Positions 1-9,914 are shown, numbered from the stretch's first letter. The stretch is DNA of 64,000 nucleotides from Candidatus Obscuribacterales bacterium (GCA_965228855.1 CBDDIJ010000005.1:640001-704000); one strand, 5' to 3'. Translations and numbers: made by a program. Notes: generated by a model from the sequence alone, not told the origin.

Positions 1-153
1 CAGCACGAGAACGGAGAGCACAGAAAGCTTCCAGAATCTGGTAGATCCAAGCTTAAGCAAATAGGTCGGCAGGAACTTACTCGCAAAGCAAACTGCAACT
101 GCAGCAGCGAGAAGTCCGGTGGCTAGAAGCAAGAACATCATTGGCGTACCCAT
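1..153 (-). CDS. Partial membrane protein (N-terminus only; runs off window edge)
   Basis: Manual translation from ATG at 153: MGTPMMFLLLATGLLAAAVAVCFASKFLPTYLLKLGSTRFWKLSVLSVLVL, open to position 1, strongly hydrophobic; not in ORF track. Confidence 0.5.
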   Translation of the reverse strand, partial: MGTPMMFLLLATGLLAAAVAVCFASKFLPTYLLKLGSTRFWKLSVLSVLVL

Positions 154-226
154 CCAACCTTCTGCTTCTACATTAAGCTTCGTCTGTAATTAGGAGGGAA
201 ACGCGATGTAAGGTGTTTGTGAAACG

Positions 227-1261
227 TCAAAGCGCATCGCGTCGGTCTTTTGTACCGCTGATCAAAGAACAGCCAGGTTTTGCCTTTCGAAAACGGGCGA
301 CGCCCGCGTCTGAAATCATTTGATTATCTCGGACTCCCAGACTTTGAAGACTCGCCATTTTCGACAGACCATCAAGAGTTTTGTCCGAAACGTTATTGTC
401 ATTCAGCTCGATTCGCCTGAGACCGGGAAACTTCAATAGCGCCGATGCCATCTCGTCATCCACGGAACATCCCTTCAAGCGAAGTTCGTTTAAGCGAGGC
501 AAGGCAGACAGTTTCTCTAAACCTGTTTTGGTGATTTTTGTTCTTCCAAAGTCAATCTCCTCTAGGTTCGGCAGCTTTGCAATTGACTCAAAGCCGCTCT
601 CTGATATGGATGTCCCCTTCATGTTAAGATGGGTCAGATTCGAAAAATCAGCAAGTTGCTCGAGCTCCGTATCGCTAAGCGAAGCTGCATTGATAGACAA
701 ATGAGTCAGACTGGAACTTAATGGTTCCAAAATCTCAAAAGCTTTGCCACTAATGCCGGTATCATAAATCTCAAGTTTCTTGAGCGTTTTTATCTTCGCA
801 ACATACTTCAGACCGTCGTCGGTCACTACAGTACCCGCCAGGTCTAGCGATGTTAACGGCAAATGAGTGATATATCGGAGCCACGAATCCTTAAATGTGC
901 AATCAGACAAACTCAATTGGGTCAACGTGTCGAGTTTCCCAATTGTTTTCATGTTGTCTTTCGTCAGATCCCAGTGTTGAAACTGTAATTCGGTTCGATA
1001 TGGATCCTCATCAATAATTTTCTTAAGCGCGAGATCGGCCTCACCCGCATCGGGGCGCAAATTAGCCCTGTCAACTTTTATCTTGATACTTTTGACGGAG
1101 TCCACGTGCTCTTCAGACTGTTGGACCAGCCGCAACACAGTGAAAATCATAGCGCCCACAAGCAGTACAGTGACTCCCATCAGTAGCCACATGTCGTTTT
1201 TGATTCGGAACGGTTTCTCAGAGCTAATAAACAGGTCCCCAGAATCTTCTACTAGGTACAT
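227..1261 (-). CDS. Membrane-anchored leucine-rich repeat protein
   Basis: TM segment WLLMGVTVLLVGAMIFTVL followed by about nine ~24-aa LxxLxLxxxxI(T/S)DxGL-type repeats (e.g. LTSLDLAGTVVTDDGLKYV, LEEIDFGRTKITKTGLEKL). Confidence 0.9.
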   Translation of the reverse strand: MYLVEDSGDLFISSEKPFRIKNDMWLLMGVTVLLVGAMIFTVLRLVQQSEEHVDSVKSIKIKVDRANLRPDAGEADLALKKIIDEDPYRTELQFQHWDLTKDNMKTIGKLDTLTQLSLSDCTFKDSWLRYITHLPLTSLDLAGTVVTDDGLKYVAKIKTLKKLEIYDTGISGKAFEILEPLSSSLTHLSINAASLSDTELEQLADFSNLTHLNMKGTSISESGFESIAKLPNLEEIDFGRTKITKTGLEKLSALPRLNELRLKGCSVDDEMASALLKFPGLRRIELNDNNVSDKTLDGLSKMASLQSLGVRDNQMISDAGVARFRKAKPGCSLISGTKDRRDAL

Positions 1262-1816
1262 GCCACTCTGTTGAAATACGAAACGAGAACGGTATATCGA
1301 TTCCGAAATATGAAGCCTGATAAGGGTTTCGGGTAATTTGACCGAATATTTTCTCAGACTGCGCAGACAGTCTCAGTTCTAACGAAGAATACCGTCTTGT
1401 CGTGCCGCCATTTGAGCTAATCCTGCATCATGACGGGATTCAAGAGATGGATCAGCTGCGAAGTATTGAACGTCCAACCAGACCACTCCTGAAACTACGG
1501 CGGTAACTAGCATCAACATTGATATAGATCGAGCGCTCATAGTTCATTCCTTATAATCGGTGCGCATGTTCGTTGCGGTCCGCTATGTGCAGTTTTTGCA
1601 TGACTGCCGCCTGTACGGAGCAGGGTAACCAACGGTCTGCGCTGATAGTTTTTTAGCATCTAAACGTCCAGCCGATGCAACGGGATCGGTTTGAAACCAG
1701 TTTAAGCATCGCGCTTGAAAGTTTGGGCTATGAATTGGTCACGCAGCGGCATCAAACCGCCCGAGTACCTTCTTAAAGACCATCGGCACTCGGTTAACCA
1801 CTAAAGAGGTATGAAC

Positions 1817-2281
1817 ATGAGCACGTTGAAAGACTATGGCAAAATCACATCGAGATTAGCTATTGCAGCTGTTGTAGCAGGTATGTTCGCGGTTCCGCAA
1901 GTCTCTGCCGACTCCATGGCGGGTGGTATGGCTGCTAGCCAGGCGACAACCCAGAATAGCTCGAACGCAGATACAGACTCGACCACTCGTTCCGGAGGTC
2001 CATGGGGCAGCGCATCATCGTCGCACTCAGCCACTCAGAACGAATCTCAGACCGGCGGTCCGCAAGAGACATCGTCCACATCTCAATCAGGCGGAGTCGG
2101 CGGCATCCGAGCCAAAACAGTTCAAGAAACCGGCACGCAGGTGAAAACGACTTCCGGAACTACTCCAGGACGCACAGTTTCGATGAAGAGTACGACCGTC
2201 AGAAGCAAGAAACCTGTGAAACGGAAAGCCGGTTGGAAAGTCGTTAACTACAATTGGAAAAACGGTAAGAAAGTTCATTAA
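1817..2281 (+). CDS. Secreted Ser/Thr/Gln/Gly-rich hypothetical protein with basic C-terminal tail
   Basis: AAGAGGT RBS fits ATG 1817 better than 1811; signal peptide RLAIAAVVAGMFAVPQVSA; low-complexity body; K/R-rich tail. Confidence 0.75.
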   Translation: MSTLKDYGKITSRLAIAAVVAGMFAVPQVSADSMAGGMAASQATTQNSSNADTDSTTRSGGPWGSASSSHSATQNESQTGGPQETSSTSQSGGVGGIRAKTVQETGTQVKTTSGTTPGRTVSMKSTTVRSKKPVKRKAGWKVVNYNWKNGKKVH

Positions 2282-2284
2282 ACA

Positions 2285-2674
2285 ATGAGTTATATCCCTG
2301 ATGGCTACACGGAAGTTACGCCATATCTCACAGTCGTCAATGCGCACGGATTGCTGCAATTTCTAGTGACCGTGTTCGATGCCCAGGCAATTCGCAAAGT
2401 CGAATTGCCTGATGGCACGCTTAAGCATGCAGCTGTGAAGATCGCCGGAGGTGCTCCGATTGAACTTTCCGAGGCCACGGAAGAGTGGCCGCCGACCCCA
2501 GCCGCGGTTCACATCTACGTCCCGGATGTTGACACAACTCATGCTCGAGCTGTCGAAGCCGGAGCGAGTGTACTTCTCGAACCTCAGGAAATGGACTACG
2601 GAGAGCGCAGCTCTGCTGTAAAAGATCCGTTCGGCAATTGCTGGTACATCGCCACCTTCAAAAAAGGCGAGTAA
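2285..2674 (+). CDS. VOC/glyoxalase (PhnB-like) family protein
   Basis: IPDGYTEVTPYL, HIYVPDVD, YGERSSAVKDPFGNCW motifs. Confidence 0.92.
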   Translation: MSYIPDGYTEVTPYLTVVNAHGLLQFLVTVFDAQAIRKVELPDGTLKHAAVKIAGGAPIELSEATEEWPPTPAAVHIYVPDVDTTHARAVEAGASVLLEPQEMDYGERSSAVKDPFGNCWYIATFKKGE

Positions 2675-2676
2675 GC

Positions 2677-3507
2677 TTACTTCTTGCGAAATCCCTTTTT
2701 TTTCTTGCGCTGCTTATTTTGTGGCGGCGCAGGTTTGCTTTGTTCGCGTTCTTTACTGTAGTCGGCTTTATCACTTCGTTGAGCCGGCGTTTCCATATTC
2801 GAAGAAGAGTTCTCGACTGTTTTTTCCTTGTCGGACGACTCTCCTTTGGGTTTGGGAGGCCTAAATGCTAAAAATAGAAGTAAAACCCAGAACGGCGGAA
2901 ACCAGCCTATCAAGCCATTTACGAAAAAGTATCTCACCCATGTGGATCGTTTCAACTTCGACGCCACTATAGTCGGCAAGAAGATCGAGCTCACAGCGAT
3001 GCCCAGGAGAAAGGCTGTGTAAGCATACTCAAGCGCGAACTTGGATTGCGAACCTGCACTCTTCACGTAATCCGCGACCGGCTGCAATCCATAATTGGTC
3101 AGAAGAAACATCAGTCCTGCGCCGAGCAAAAACGCAATCGGTGCTCGCAGGTTTCGATGATAAAGAAGTGCAACGCCGGCAAGCAAATAGTCCCCCGCTC
3201 CTGGAATGACGTAATTGCTGCCTTTGAGAAACTCAATCAGCTTGTCAAAAATAAAAGCGACATTCGATGTAAAAGTCGAGTTGCTGTTTATCGGAATAAG
3301 AGCTGCTGCGGTCAAAGGCACCGCGATTAACAGCAGCACAAGATAAACAATCCCTACGAATCGGAGCAGCGCCAGCCCGTTGTCGCGGATGTCGTCGAAC
3401 AAAACTTCGAAGGCATTGCGCAGCGGTCTAAGCGTATTCGGTTTTTCTGCTCGTCTGCGAATTACCACGAGGCTTATCCAAAGAGGGTTGCGGCTATTGT
3501 ACAGCAC
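2677..3507 (-). CDS. Multi-pass membrane protein with C-terminal superinfection-immunity (T4 Imm-like) segment
   Basis: Several TM helices; FLPTIVA...FFVNGLIGW...FWVLLLFLA resembles the Imm_superinfect consensus; basic disordered tail; GTG start uncertain. Confidence 0.7.
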   Translation of the reverse strand: MLYNSRNPLWISLVVIRRRAEKPNTLRPLRNAFEVLFDDIRDNGLALLRFVGIVYLVLLLIAVPLTAAALIPINSNSTFTSNVAFIFDKLIEFLKGSNYVIPGAGDYLLAGVALLYHRNLRAPIAFLLGAGLMFLLTNYGLQPVADYVKSAGSQSKFALEYAYTAFLLGIAVSSIFLPTIVASKLKRSTWVRYFFVNGLIGWFPPFWVLLLFLAFRPPKPKGESSDKEKTVENSSSNMETPAQRSDKADYSKEREQSKPAPPQNKQRKKKKGFRKK

Positions 3508-3567
3508 GCGCGCAACCGCCTTGAAAAGAACTTGGGTTTAAATTCGTGGAACATCAGGTCCCGCAAC

Positions 3568-4521
3568 TTATTTCAGCTCGCCAATGACTTTCTCGATGTT
3601 CTCTTTGCGCGAACCGTAATAGTCTATAGCACCATATATGCCACCAACAGCTAAAACGCCTGCGGTAGCCAGACCACCGCGTGAAAACATTTTTGAGGCT
3701 CCACCGGCGTGATTCAGATAAGCGGTGCTTCCTCCTGCAATAGCGGCAATGTACTTCGCATCCCAGGCGCCCTTGCCTGCTGCCTCGAAGCCCATTCCAG
3801 TGCCCTCGATTTTTCCTTTCTCCAGAGCACGAATATCCGCTTTGGTAATGCCGTTATCTTCAGAACCAAATTCGTCATTCTGGCAGTTGGAGAGAGGCTC
3901 GTACATCTGCTCCAACACGCTCATCATGTGAGCATTTTTGAGAGCAAATAGTTTATCTTGCGAAGCCGTCTTGATATTTTCCTGGCTGATGAAACCGTCT
4001 TTGTCAGAATCAAGCACGTCCCAGTTTTCGCGAACAGACTTTACGAAACCGACAGTATCAAGCCGGGTCAGTTCTTTAGCCCCTTTTCCGAACAGTCCAC
4101 CGATTACGTCGGTTAGGGAACCGCCACCGCTGCGCTTCAGCACCTGATCGGCAACACTCAAAGGGCCTCCCCCGACGGCGAGTTTGCCAGCTTCGACGCC
4201 GGCGTTGAAAAGCTTCTCTTTATCAGCCTGGGTTCCCTGCCCCTTTATCACACGCTCACCAGACCCGGAGAGATCGCGTGCTTGCCGGCCAATTCCGGTA
4301 GCTCCAATCTTGTCGGCGCCGTCGCCTATCGCTTGCCCAGCCTTGCCGATTGCATTACCGACATCCTCTTTGTTGATCTTTTGAGCTTCATCTTTCACTT
4401 TGCCAAAGATGCTTTTGGCACCGTCAATCAATCCACCAAACGGATTGTGACCAGATTCCTTCGGTTCCTGCTGCTGGTTGCCATCCGCTGCATTGCGCAC
4501 CAACTCAGACGATCTTCCCAT
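3568..4521 (-). CDS. EF-hand-containing hypothetical protein with Gly-rich hydrophobic C-terminal segments
   Basis: EF-hand loop DSDKDGFISQENI; ATG 4521 preceded by AGGTGG; GGLATAGVLAVGGIYGAI at C-terminus. Confidence 0.75.
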   Translation of the reverse strand: MGRSSELVRNAADGNQQQEPKESGHNPFGGLIDGAKSIFGKVKDEAQKINKEDVGNAIGKAGQAIGDGADKIGATGIGRQARDLSGSGERVIKGQGTQADKEKLFNAGVEAGKLAVGGGPLSVADQVLKRSGGGSLTDVIGGLFGKGAKELTRLDTVGFVKSVRENWDVLDSDKDGFISQENIKTASQDKLFALKNAHMMSVLEQMYEPLSNCQNDEFGSEDNGITKADIRALEKGKIEGTGMGFEAAGKGAWDAKYIAAIAGGSTAYLNHAGGASKMFSRGGLATAGVLAVGGIYGAIDYYGSRKENIEKVIGELK

Positions 4522-4751
4522 AACGAAACCCACCTGTTCCAAACCCAACCTGCACACACGATAAATGTTTTGCGCTCACGAAAACAGTGGGGATATTACG
4601 CAATATGGGAATCTTCCCATGCGTTTGGAGATGGCACTTCTCAATGCCATCTCCAATACACGCTGACCACGCCGTGTCTATTAAAGGTCAGCCGAACTTA
4701 CCAGTTAAAACTCATCTACAGATTCAGGTTCACTTGTGGCGAAACCATTCA

Positions 4752-5825
4752 TTAGTAGGAAACATTCAGCTTCGCTCGCGCTTTTTTCATAGCCGCGTCA
4801 TACATCAAAGAATCAAGATTGCTGTCCTTGCGATTCACGCTGGCAAAACCGGCAGAAGGTCCGGCACTAGCAGCGCTATCAGCGAAAGCGCCGTACGCTT
4901 CAGCGCCTATTGTTCCATTGGTCGCACCGGCCAGGCTCGGAACCATAGAGGCACGCGCAGACCTATAACCGGTAGTCGAGCGGGCTGCCACTACTGGCGA
5001 TGCCATTACCGGTTTTGCTTTACCGGCGGCAGAAAGTGCTTTCGCTCCACTCTTCCATTCACGCGAAGCGCTGTCGGCAATTTCATAGGCAGCCCCACCG
5101 GAACTTATAACAGTCTTCTCTTTACCGGACTCGTCTTTAACGATTTGCCGATATGCAAGGTTTTCAAACTGACCGTCTGAAAGCTTTGCGATTTTCTGAA
5201 AAACTTCCATGCCACCATCGCCGGTGCTTTGCAGACCATCACATGCGAGCGTGTTGATCTGAATTCCTTTGGCAATCGCGTTCTTTGCTTCATCTTCCCA
5301 TTTATAGTCGTTTGGATAATAGTGCGGTCCAGCGTCGCCGATCAAAAACAGGAGCTTAGCTGTTTTATTGGATTTGTCCCAAGAAAGGTCGTTTACCGAA
5401 GCGTGAAGTGCTTGATTAAGAGCTTCCGGACCGTCGCCTCCACCATCGGCTTGTAACTGCGAAATATCGCCGACGAACTTATCTATATCTTCAGTGAATG
5501 GATAAACATTCGTCACATAGGCATCGCCCCGATCGCGGAACGCGACAAGACCAACTCGAACAACCGGAGCAGGTTTTCCGCTGGAAAGTTTGGCAACGAG
5601 GTCCTTGACTTTACTCTTCACCATGTCAATTTCACCCTGCATCGAGCCGGTAGTATCGATGCAAAACGCCAGGTCCATATGAGGCCGTTCTTTCGACTGC
5701 GCCTTGGTGGACTCGACTTTGATTTCAGGTTTTGAATCCAGATCTTTTGCAGCCAGGGTCATACTGGCACAGGTGGAGAGCAAAACCGTTCCCACAACTA
5801 GAATTCCTACCGTTTTCGCTTTCAT
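4752..5825 (-). CDS. Secreted von Willebrand factor A domain protein
   Basis: Signal peptide; MIDAS-type DLAFCIDTTGSM, VGLVAFRD, GGGDGPEA, LIGDAGPH; start ATG 5825 or TTG 5831. Confidence 0.9.
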   Translation of the reverse strand: MKAKTVGILVVGTVLLSTCASMTLAAKDLDSKPEIKVESTKAQSKERPHMDLAFCIDTTGSMQGEIDMVKSKVKDLVAKLSSGKPAPVVRVGLVAFRDRGDAYVTNVYPFTEDIDKFVGDISQLQADGGGDGPEALNQALHASVNDLSWDKSNKTAKLLFLIGDAGPHYYPNDYKWEDEAKNAIAKGIQINTLACDGLQSTGDGGMEVFQKIAKLSDGQFENLAYRQIVKDESGKEKTVISSGGAAYEIADSASREWKSGAKALSAAGKAKPVMASPVVAARSTTGYRSARASMVPSLAGATNGTIGAEAYGAFADSAASAGPSAGFASVNRKDSNLDSLMYDAAMKKARAKLNVSY

Positions 5826-6049
5826 GCTCAATCCCCTATCGCCTGTGCCGTAATTTCTGCCGGTCGCGTTTTTTCGACCATGCTTACAGACTAACTAAGC
5901 CGCCGGAGAATTTCGGCAACTCTAGTACTGAAACAGTCCTGGGGAAATCCCTGAATTGGCAACCTTGTAGGCCCGGTGAGCCCAAGAACCATCAGTGTAT
6001 GAGAATTCGATTAACCAGGTACCTGGAAAAACCGCTTACAATCCCCCCT

Positions 6050-7537
6050 ATGAGCACACTCTCCATCGCCCAGAGACTGGAACGTCTCCCGATTACCTCA
6101 TACCAACGCATGATCTTCGTCGTGATTGCGACGGCCTGGTTTTTCGATTGCCTGGATGTGGCAATGATGACGTTTGTGCTGTCATCTATCAAACAGGAAT
6201 TTGCGCTGAGCGCCGAGAAAGCGGGATTACTCGTCAGCATGAGTTTTCTGGGCATGTTCATCGGCGCAGGTTGCGCGGGCGTTCTCGCAGACAAATACGG
6301 ACGCATCGTAGTGTTCCGCGCAAGCATCATCATCTGGGGTTTAGCGTCACTGTTTTGCGCGCTCTCGCCGAGCGTGGAAGCATTAATGTTTTTCCGCGTT
6401 CTTCTCGGAGTCGGCTTAGCTATGGAGCTTCCTGTCGGACAATCGATGATTTGCGAATTCGTGCCGGCGAGAGTACGCGGCAAGTACGTCGCGCTACTTG
6501 AAGGGATGTGGCCGGTTGGCTTCATCGCGGCCGGCTTGCTGGCGATGTTTATAGTGCCGAGCTTCGGATGGCGAGGAGCATTCGTTGCAGAGGCTATTCC
6601 CGCAATATTCGTGCTGGTTATTCGCAGAATGGTTCCCGAATCGCCACGCTGGTTGGCAGAATCCGGACAGACGGCTAAGGCGACTGAAGTCATCTGCGTC
6701 ATTGAAACAAGAGTTGAGGAAGCGCTCAGGCGCAGTGGAAAAACACAATCCTCTTTATCCGGTTCCATCGGGGAAACCATTACAGATAACCATGGCGGCG
6801 GTGTGGCCGTTCTTACAAAACCGGAACCAACCGTTTCCTTGGCAACAATTGAAAACGAAGTAAGCGAAGCGGTTTCAATTCCAGATTCAGATCCGAACGC
6901 AACATCACCGTGCGGCGATGGAAGTGGACCAGACCGAGCCTCGATCAAAACCATTTTCGGCAAGCAGTACATCAAGAGAACCGTGATGGTTTGGATGCTC
7001 TGGTTTTTCGCGCTGCTCGGCTACTACGGACTGACCTCATGGTTCGGCGCGATGCTTGAAGCCAAAGGCATGGACTTTGCCAAGTCGACGGAAAACATCA
7101 TCAACATTTCACTTGCGGGAATTCCAGGGTTCTTCACTGCCGCATGGTTGGTTGAGGCGTGGGGTCGAAAGCCAATGATGATCACGAGTTTGTTGTGCTG
7201 TGCGGTCAGTGCTTACTTCTATGGCACCGCCAATGATACCAACTCCATTTTCATATTCGGATTGATCATGCAGTTTTTCATGTTCGGTATGTGGTCTGTG
7301 ATTTACGCCTACACGCCTGAACTGTATCCGACCCACGCTCGCGCCACTGGTTCTGGCTTCGCAAGTTCAATAGGTCGAGTGGGTGCCTGGCTCGGTCCCG
7401 TGCTCGTTGGCATAATTTTGACGAAAAGTGGACAGCAAGGCGCGTTCATTATGGGAGCAAGCGCATTTGTGTTGGCCGCTGCAGCTGTTTTCTTCCTGGG
7501 AGAAGAGACGAAAGGCAAAGTACTGGAAGAGATTTGA
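6050..7537 (+). CDS. MFS transporter (aromatic acid/niacin/sugar-porter-like)
   Basis: RLERLP N-motif, GVLADKYGR motif A, PESPRWL, ELYPTHARATG, ETKGKVLEE; true start probably ATG 6050 rather than 5732. Confidence 0.92.
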   Translation: MSTLSIAQRLERLPITSYQRMIFVVIATAWFFDCLDVAMMTFVLSSIKQEFALSAEKAGLLVSMSFLGMFIGAGCAGVLADKYGRIVVFRASIIIWGLASLFCALSPSVEALMFFRVLLGVGLAMELPVGQSMICEFVPARVRGKYVALLEGMWPVGFIAAGLLAMFIVPSFGWRGAFVAEAIPAIFVLVIRRMVPESPRWLAESGQTAKATEVICVIETRVEEALRRSGKTQSSLSGSIGETITDNHGGGVAVLTKPEPTVSLATIENEVSEAVSIPDSDPNATSPCGDGSGPDRASIKTIFGKQYIKRTVMVWMLWFFALLGYYGLTSWFGAMLEAKGMDFAKSTENIINISLAGIPGFFTAAWLVEAWGRKPMMITSLLCCAVSAYFYGTANDTNSIFIFGLIMQFFMFGMWSVIYAYTPELYPTHARATGSGFASSIGRVGAWLGPVLVGIILTKSGQQGAFIMGASAFVLAAAAVFFLGEETKGKVLEEI

Positions 7538-7655
7538 GCCTTCGGTCAAAATTTGGGAACCAAAAGTTCACACTTGCGATGCTAGTCTAAGCATCTTACT
7601 AGGCCCGAACCCTTTTCTATCGCTTGCACTCAGCCCTGCGTCTGAGGAATTTTTG

Positions 7656-9914
7656 ATGGCTTCCGTTGAGAAACAACCGCAACAGGATTCAACCGACCAA
7701 AAGGCCGGTTCATCCAATGCGCTCGAGCAGTCGCAAGCGAACGTATCGCGGTCCATGTACGACGAAGTCAGACAAAGCGGCCCCGAGAGAAAGGAGCAAG
7801 ACGGAAGCGTAGACGCAAACGAGAGACAAACCGAGGGCGAGGGCGGGGGCGAGAACGCTAACGATAAACCGGAGTCGGCTTCAGAATTGATGCTGGACGA
7901 AATCTGGAAGTCGACCTCGGACACGGTTCAAAGCGTGTCCAAGATGCTAAGCAAGGGAATCTCGCCAGCAATAGCGGAAAAATTTGGAGCACTGTCCTTT
8001 TTCGACAGTAACGAACCTGGCGGCGAGTCCGGTCTGGAAGCGGCAACACAACAAGCAGAACAAGTTGATAGAAGCGCCCTGGAATCGAAACCCGAATCGA
8101 ACGGTTCCGGACCGAAGAACTTGGAAACGAGCGCTTCTGACTACGGGCTGGGCGAGGCGCTTTCGGACCTGGGTGACTGGGCATCGAAGGCATTCAATGA
8201 TTACGTCGCAGAACCTTTAAATGATTACTTGAACATCTCTGACATTTTCGGCTCGGCAAGCGAGTGGAGCTTCGATCGGTCGGATCTGATTCCGCGCAAT
8301 CAGGTGGACGAGAACCTGAGGTCGCTCAATGATTCAGCTAGAAATGAATTCGGCGACGTAGAGAAAGAGATAAACAGAGCAGACAAACTCGATCTGGAGG
8401 GTGCCACCGATAGCGGTACCACAAATGCGGGCAGCAGCGGTCTGGAGCTGCCAGGAGACGCTTACGCTGACGGATCAGTAGAGATTGGCGGCAGCATGGT
8501 TACAGTGATGAGAACGCCCGGCGGCGACACGTTCCTCAAAAAGGGCGATGAAGTAATTGCGCAGCAACGTGACGACGGCTCCTACAACCTTGCGCTAAAG
8601 GACGGTTCCACACTCGATCTTAAAATGTCCAGAGGGGATGACGGCAAATATAGTTTAGACAAGATGGAACGTTTCGATGCCGATGGCAAGTTGATGCAAA
8701 AGCTGGACGATGGCGTTTTCTTCAACTACAACTACGATGCGCAGGGTAACAAAACCAGCGTGAATGCGGCGGCCGACCTTGAAGGTCCGCTGTCACAAGA
8801 GAAGCTGGACAAGATACGAACAGAGCTCGGAGACCGGGGAGCTGCCGCTCTCCGCGTGCAAAACGGCGACGGCACCACAAACCAATTATTGCTTCAATCG
8901 CACGACAGCAAGACACATTCCTTGACGGACGTGGATAAACAGAACGCCCAGATTTTCCACGACGGAAAAGAATATAGATTGAATGCTGCTGACCAACTGG
9001 CACTTGTAGGAGCAGATGGAAAGGAGCAGGAAGTTCCGAGCGAGATCGACGAAGCGCGGCAGAAAGTGCAAGAGCATTTAAAGGAACTCTATAAACAGCT
9101 TGGCGAGCGCGCAAGAGGAGAACGCGTTGAAGTAGACGGCGTTGGCGTAAGAAAAAACGACGACGGCTCGTTCGACATCGCGATGACCGACCCGATCACC
9201 GGCAAAGAGGAAGGTCACATTATTCTTCCTGCAGACAAGAGCGACGATCTACAGTTAATAAAGCCCGATGGCGAGAAAGCGATTATTAAACGAGAAGGCG
9301 GTTTAAGCATCGACGGCGGAGATGGAAAGACACTCGTAGATTTTAATCCCAATTCTGGCTTGAAAACGGATCAGTTCAATCTCGATGGAAGCGGATTGAA
9401 AAGCTTGGAAGATGGCACTCTGTTGAAACCAGACGGAACGCTGACAGACGCCGACGGAAATACAATCAGCAGTGTCGGCGACGAAGAATCAGAGTGGTGG
9501 AATAAACCGGAGTGTGCCGATTGCGAAGAGCAAAAAGAAAACAGCAGCATCTCACAAGCTACGACAAGTGAGGTAAATACTCTAGGGAGTATCTCGCTTT
9601 CCATCTCACGAAGCGGCAGCCCTGCAGCGATAACTGTCGCTAAATCGATAGCATCGGAAGCTTTTGGCGTAGCGAATGCTGCTCTCAGCGCTCTCGGCAA
9701 CGACCTCCTGAACTCAATTCCGATTCAGCTATCGCTCAGCATTGCACAAACAGCTTTTAGTCAGGCAGAACGCTCCGAAAGAACCACAACCTACGCTTCG
9801 CGAGCTGGAATCTCGGATGCGACTAGACTTGCTGATCTGAACAAAATTGGAACTCTCTCGTCCACGACCTTCAGCCCGGAAGAGTTCGTTCGCGATCGCA
9901 TGAAGGCTGCGTAG
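7656..9914 (+). CDS. Large acidic hypothetical protein (752 aa)
   Basis: GAGGA RBS before ATG 7656; long uninterrupted ORF; no family recognised. Confidence 0.8.
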   Translation: MASVEKQPQQDSTDQKAGSSNALEQSQANVSRSMYDEVRQSGPERKEQDGSVDANERQTEGEGGGENANDKPESASELMLDEIWKSTSDTVQSVSKMLSKGISPAIAEKFGALSFFDSNEPGGESGLEAATQQAEQVDRSALESKPESNGSGPKNLETSASDYGLGEALSDLGDWASKAFNDYVAEPLNDYLNISDIFGSASEWSFDRSDLIPRNQVDENLRSLNDSARNEFGDVEKEINRADKLDLEGATDSGTTNAGSSGLELPGDAYADGSVEIGGSMVTVMRTPGGDTFLKKGDEVIAQQRDDGSYNLALKDGSTLDLKMSRGDDGKYSLDKMERFDADGKLMQKLDDGVFFNYNYDAQGNKTSVNAAADLEGPLSQEKLDKIRTELGDRGAAALRVQNGDGTTNQLLLQSHDSKTHSLTDVDKQNAQIFHDGKEYRLNAADQLALVGADGKEQEVPSEIDEARQKVQEHLKELYKQLGERARGERVEVDGVGVRKNDDGSFDIAMTDPITGKEEGHIILPADKSDDLQLIKPDGEKAIIKREGGLSIDGGDGKTLVDFNPNSGLKTDQFNLDGSGLKSLEDGTLLKPDGTLTDADGNTISSVGDEESEWWNKPECADCEEQKENSSISQATTSEVNTLGSISLSISRSGSPAAITVAKSIASEAFGVANAALSALGNDLLNSIPIQLSLSIAQTAFSQAERSERTTTYASRAGISDATRLADLNKIGTLSSTTFSPEEFVRDRMKAA

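Noticed and set aside
1262..1810. Possible ncRNA or small gene in the 550-bp divergent spacer
   Set aside because: Only short weak inverted repeats; no recognisable RNA family or convincing ORF.
4282..6975. Overlapping ORFs 4282-4755, 4587-5180 and 5992-6975
   Set aside because: Antisense to well-supported genes with no recognisable motifs.
5732..7655. Upstream extensions of the MFS (from 5732) and orphan (from 7428) ORFs
   Set aside because: They overlap neighbouring genes; better starts at 6050 and 7656.
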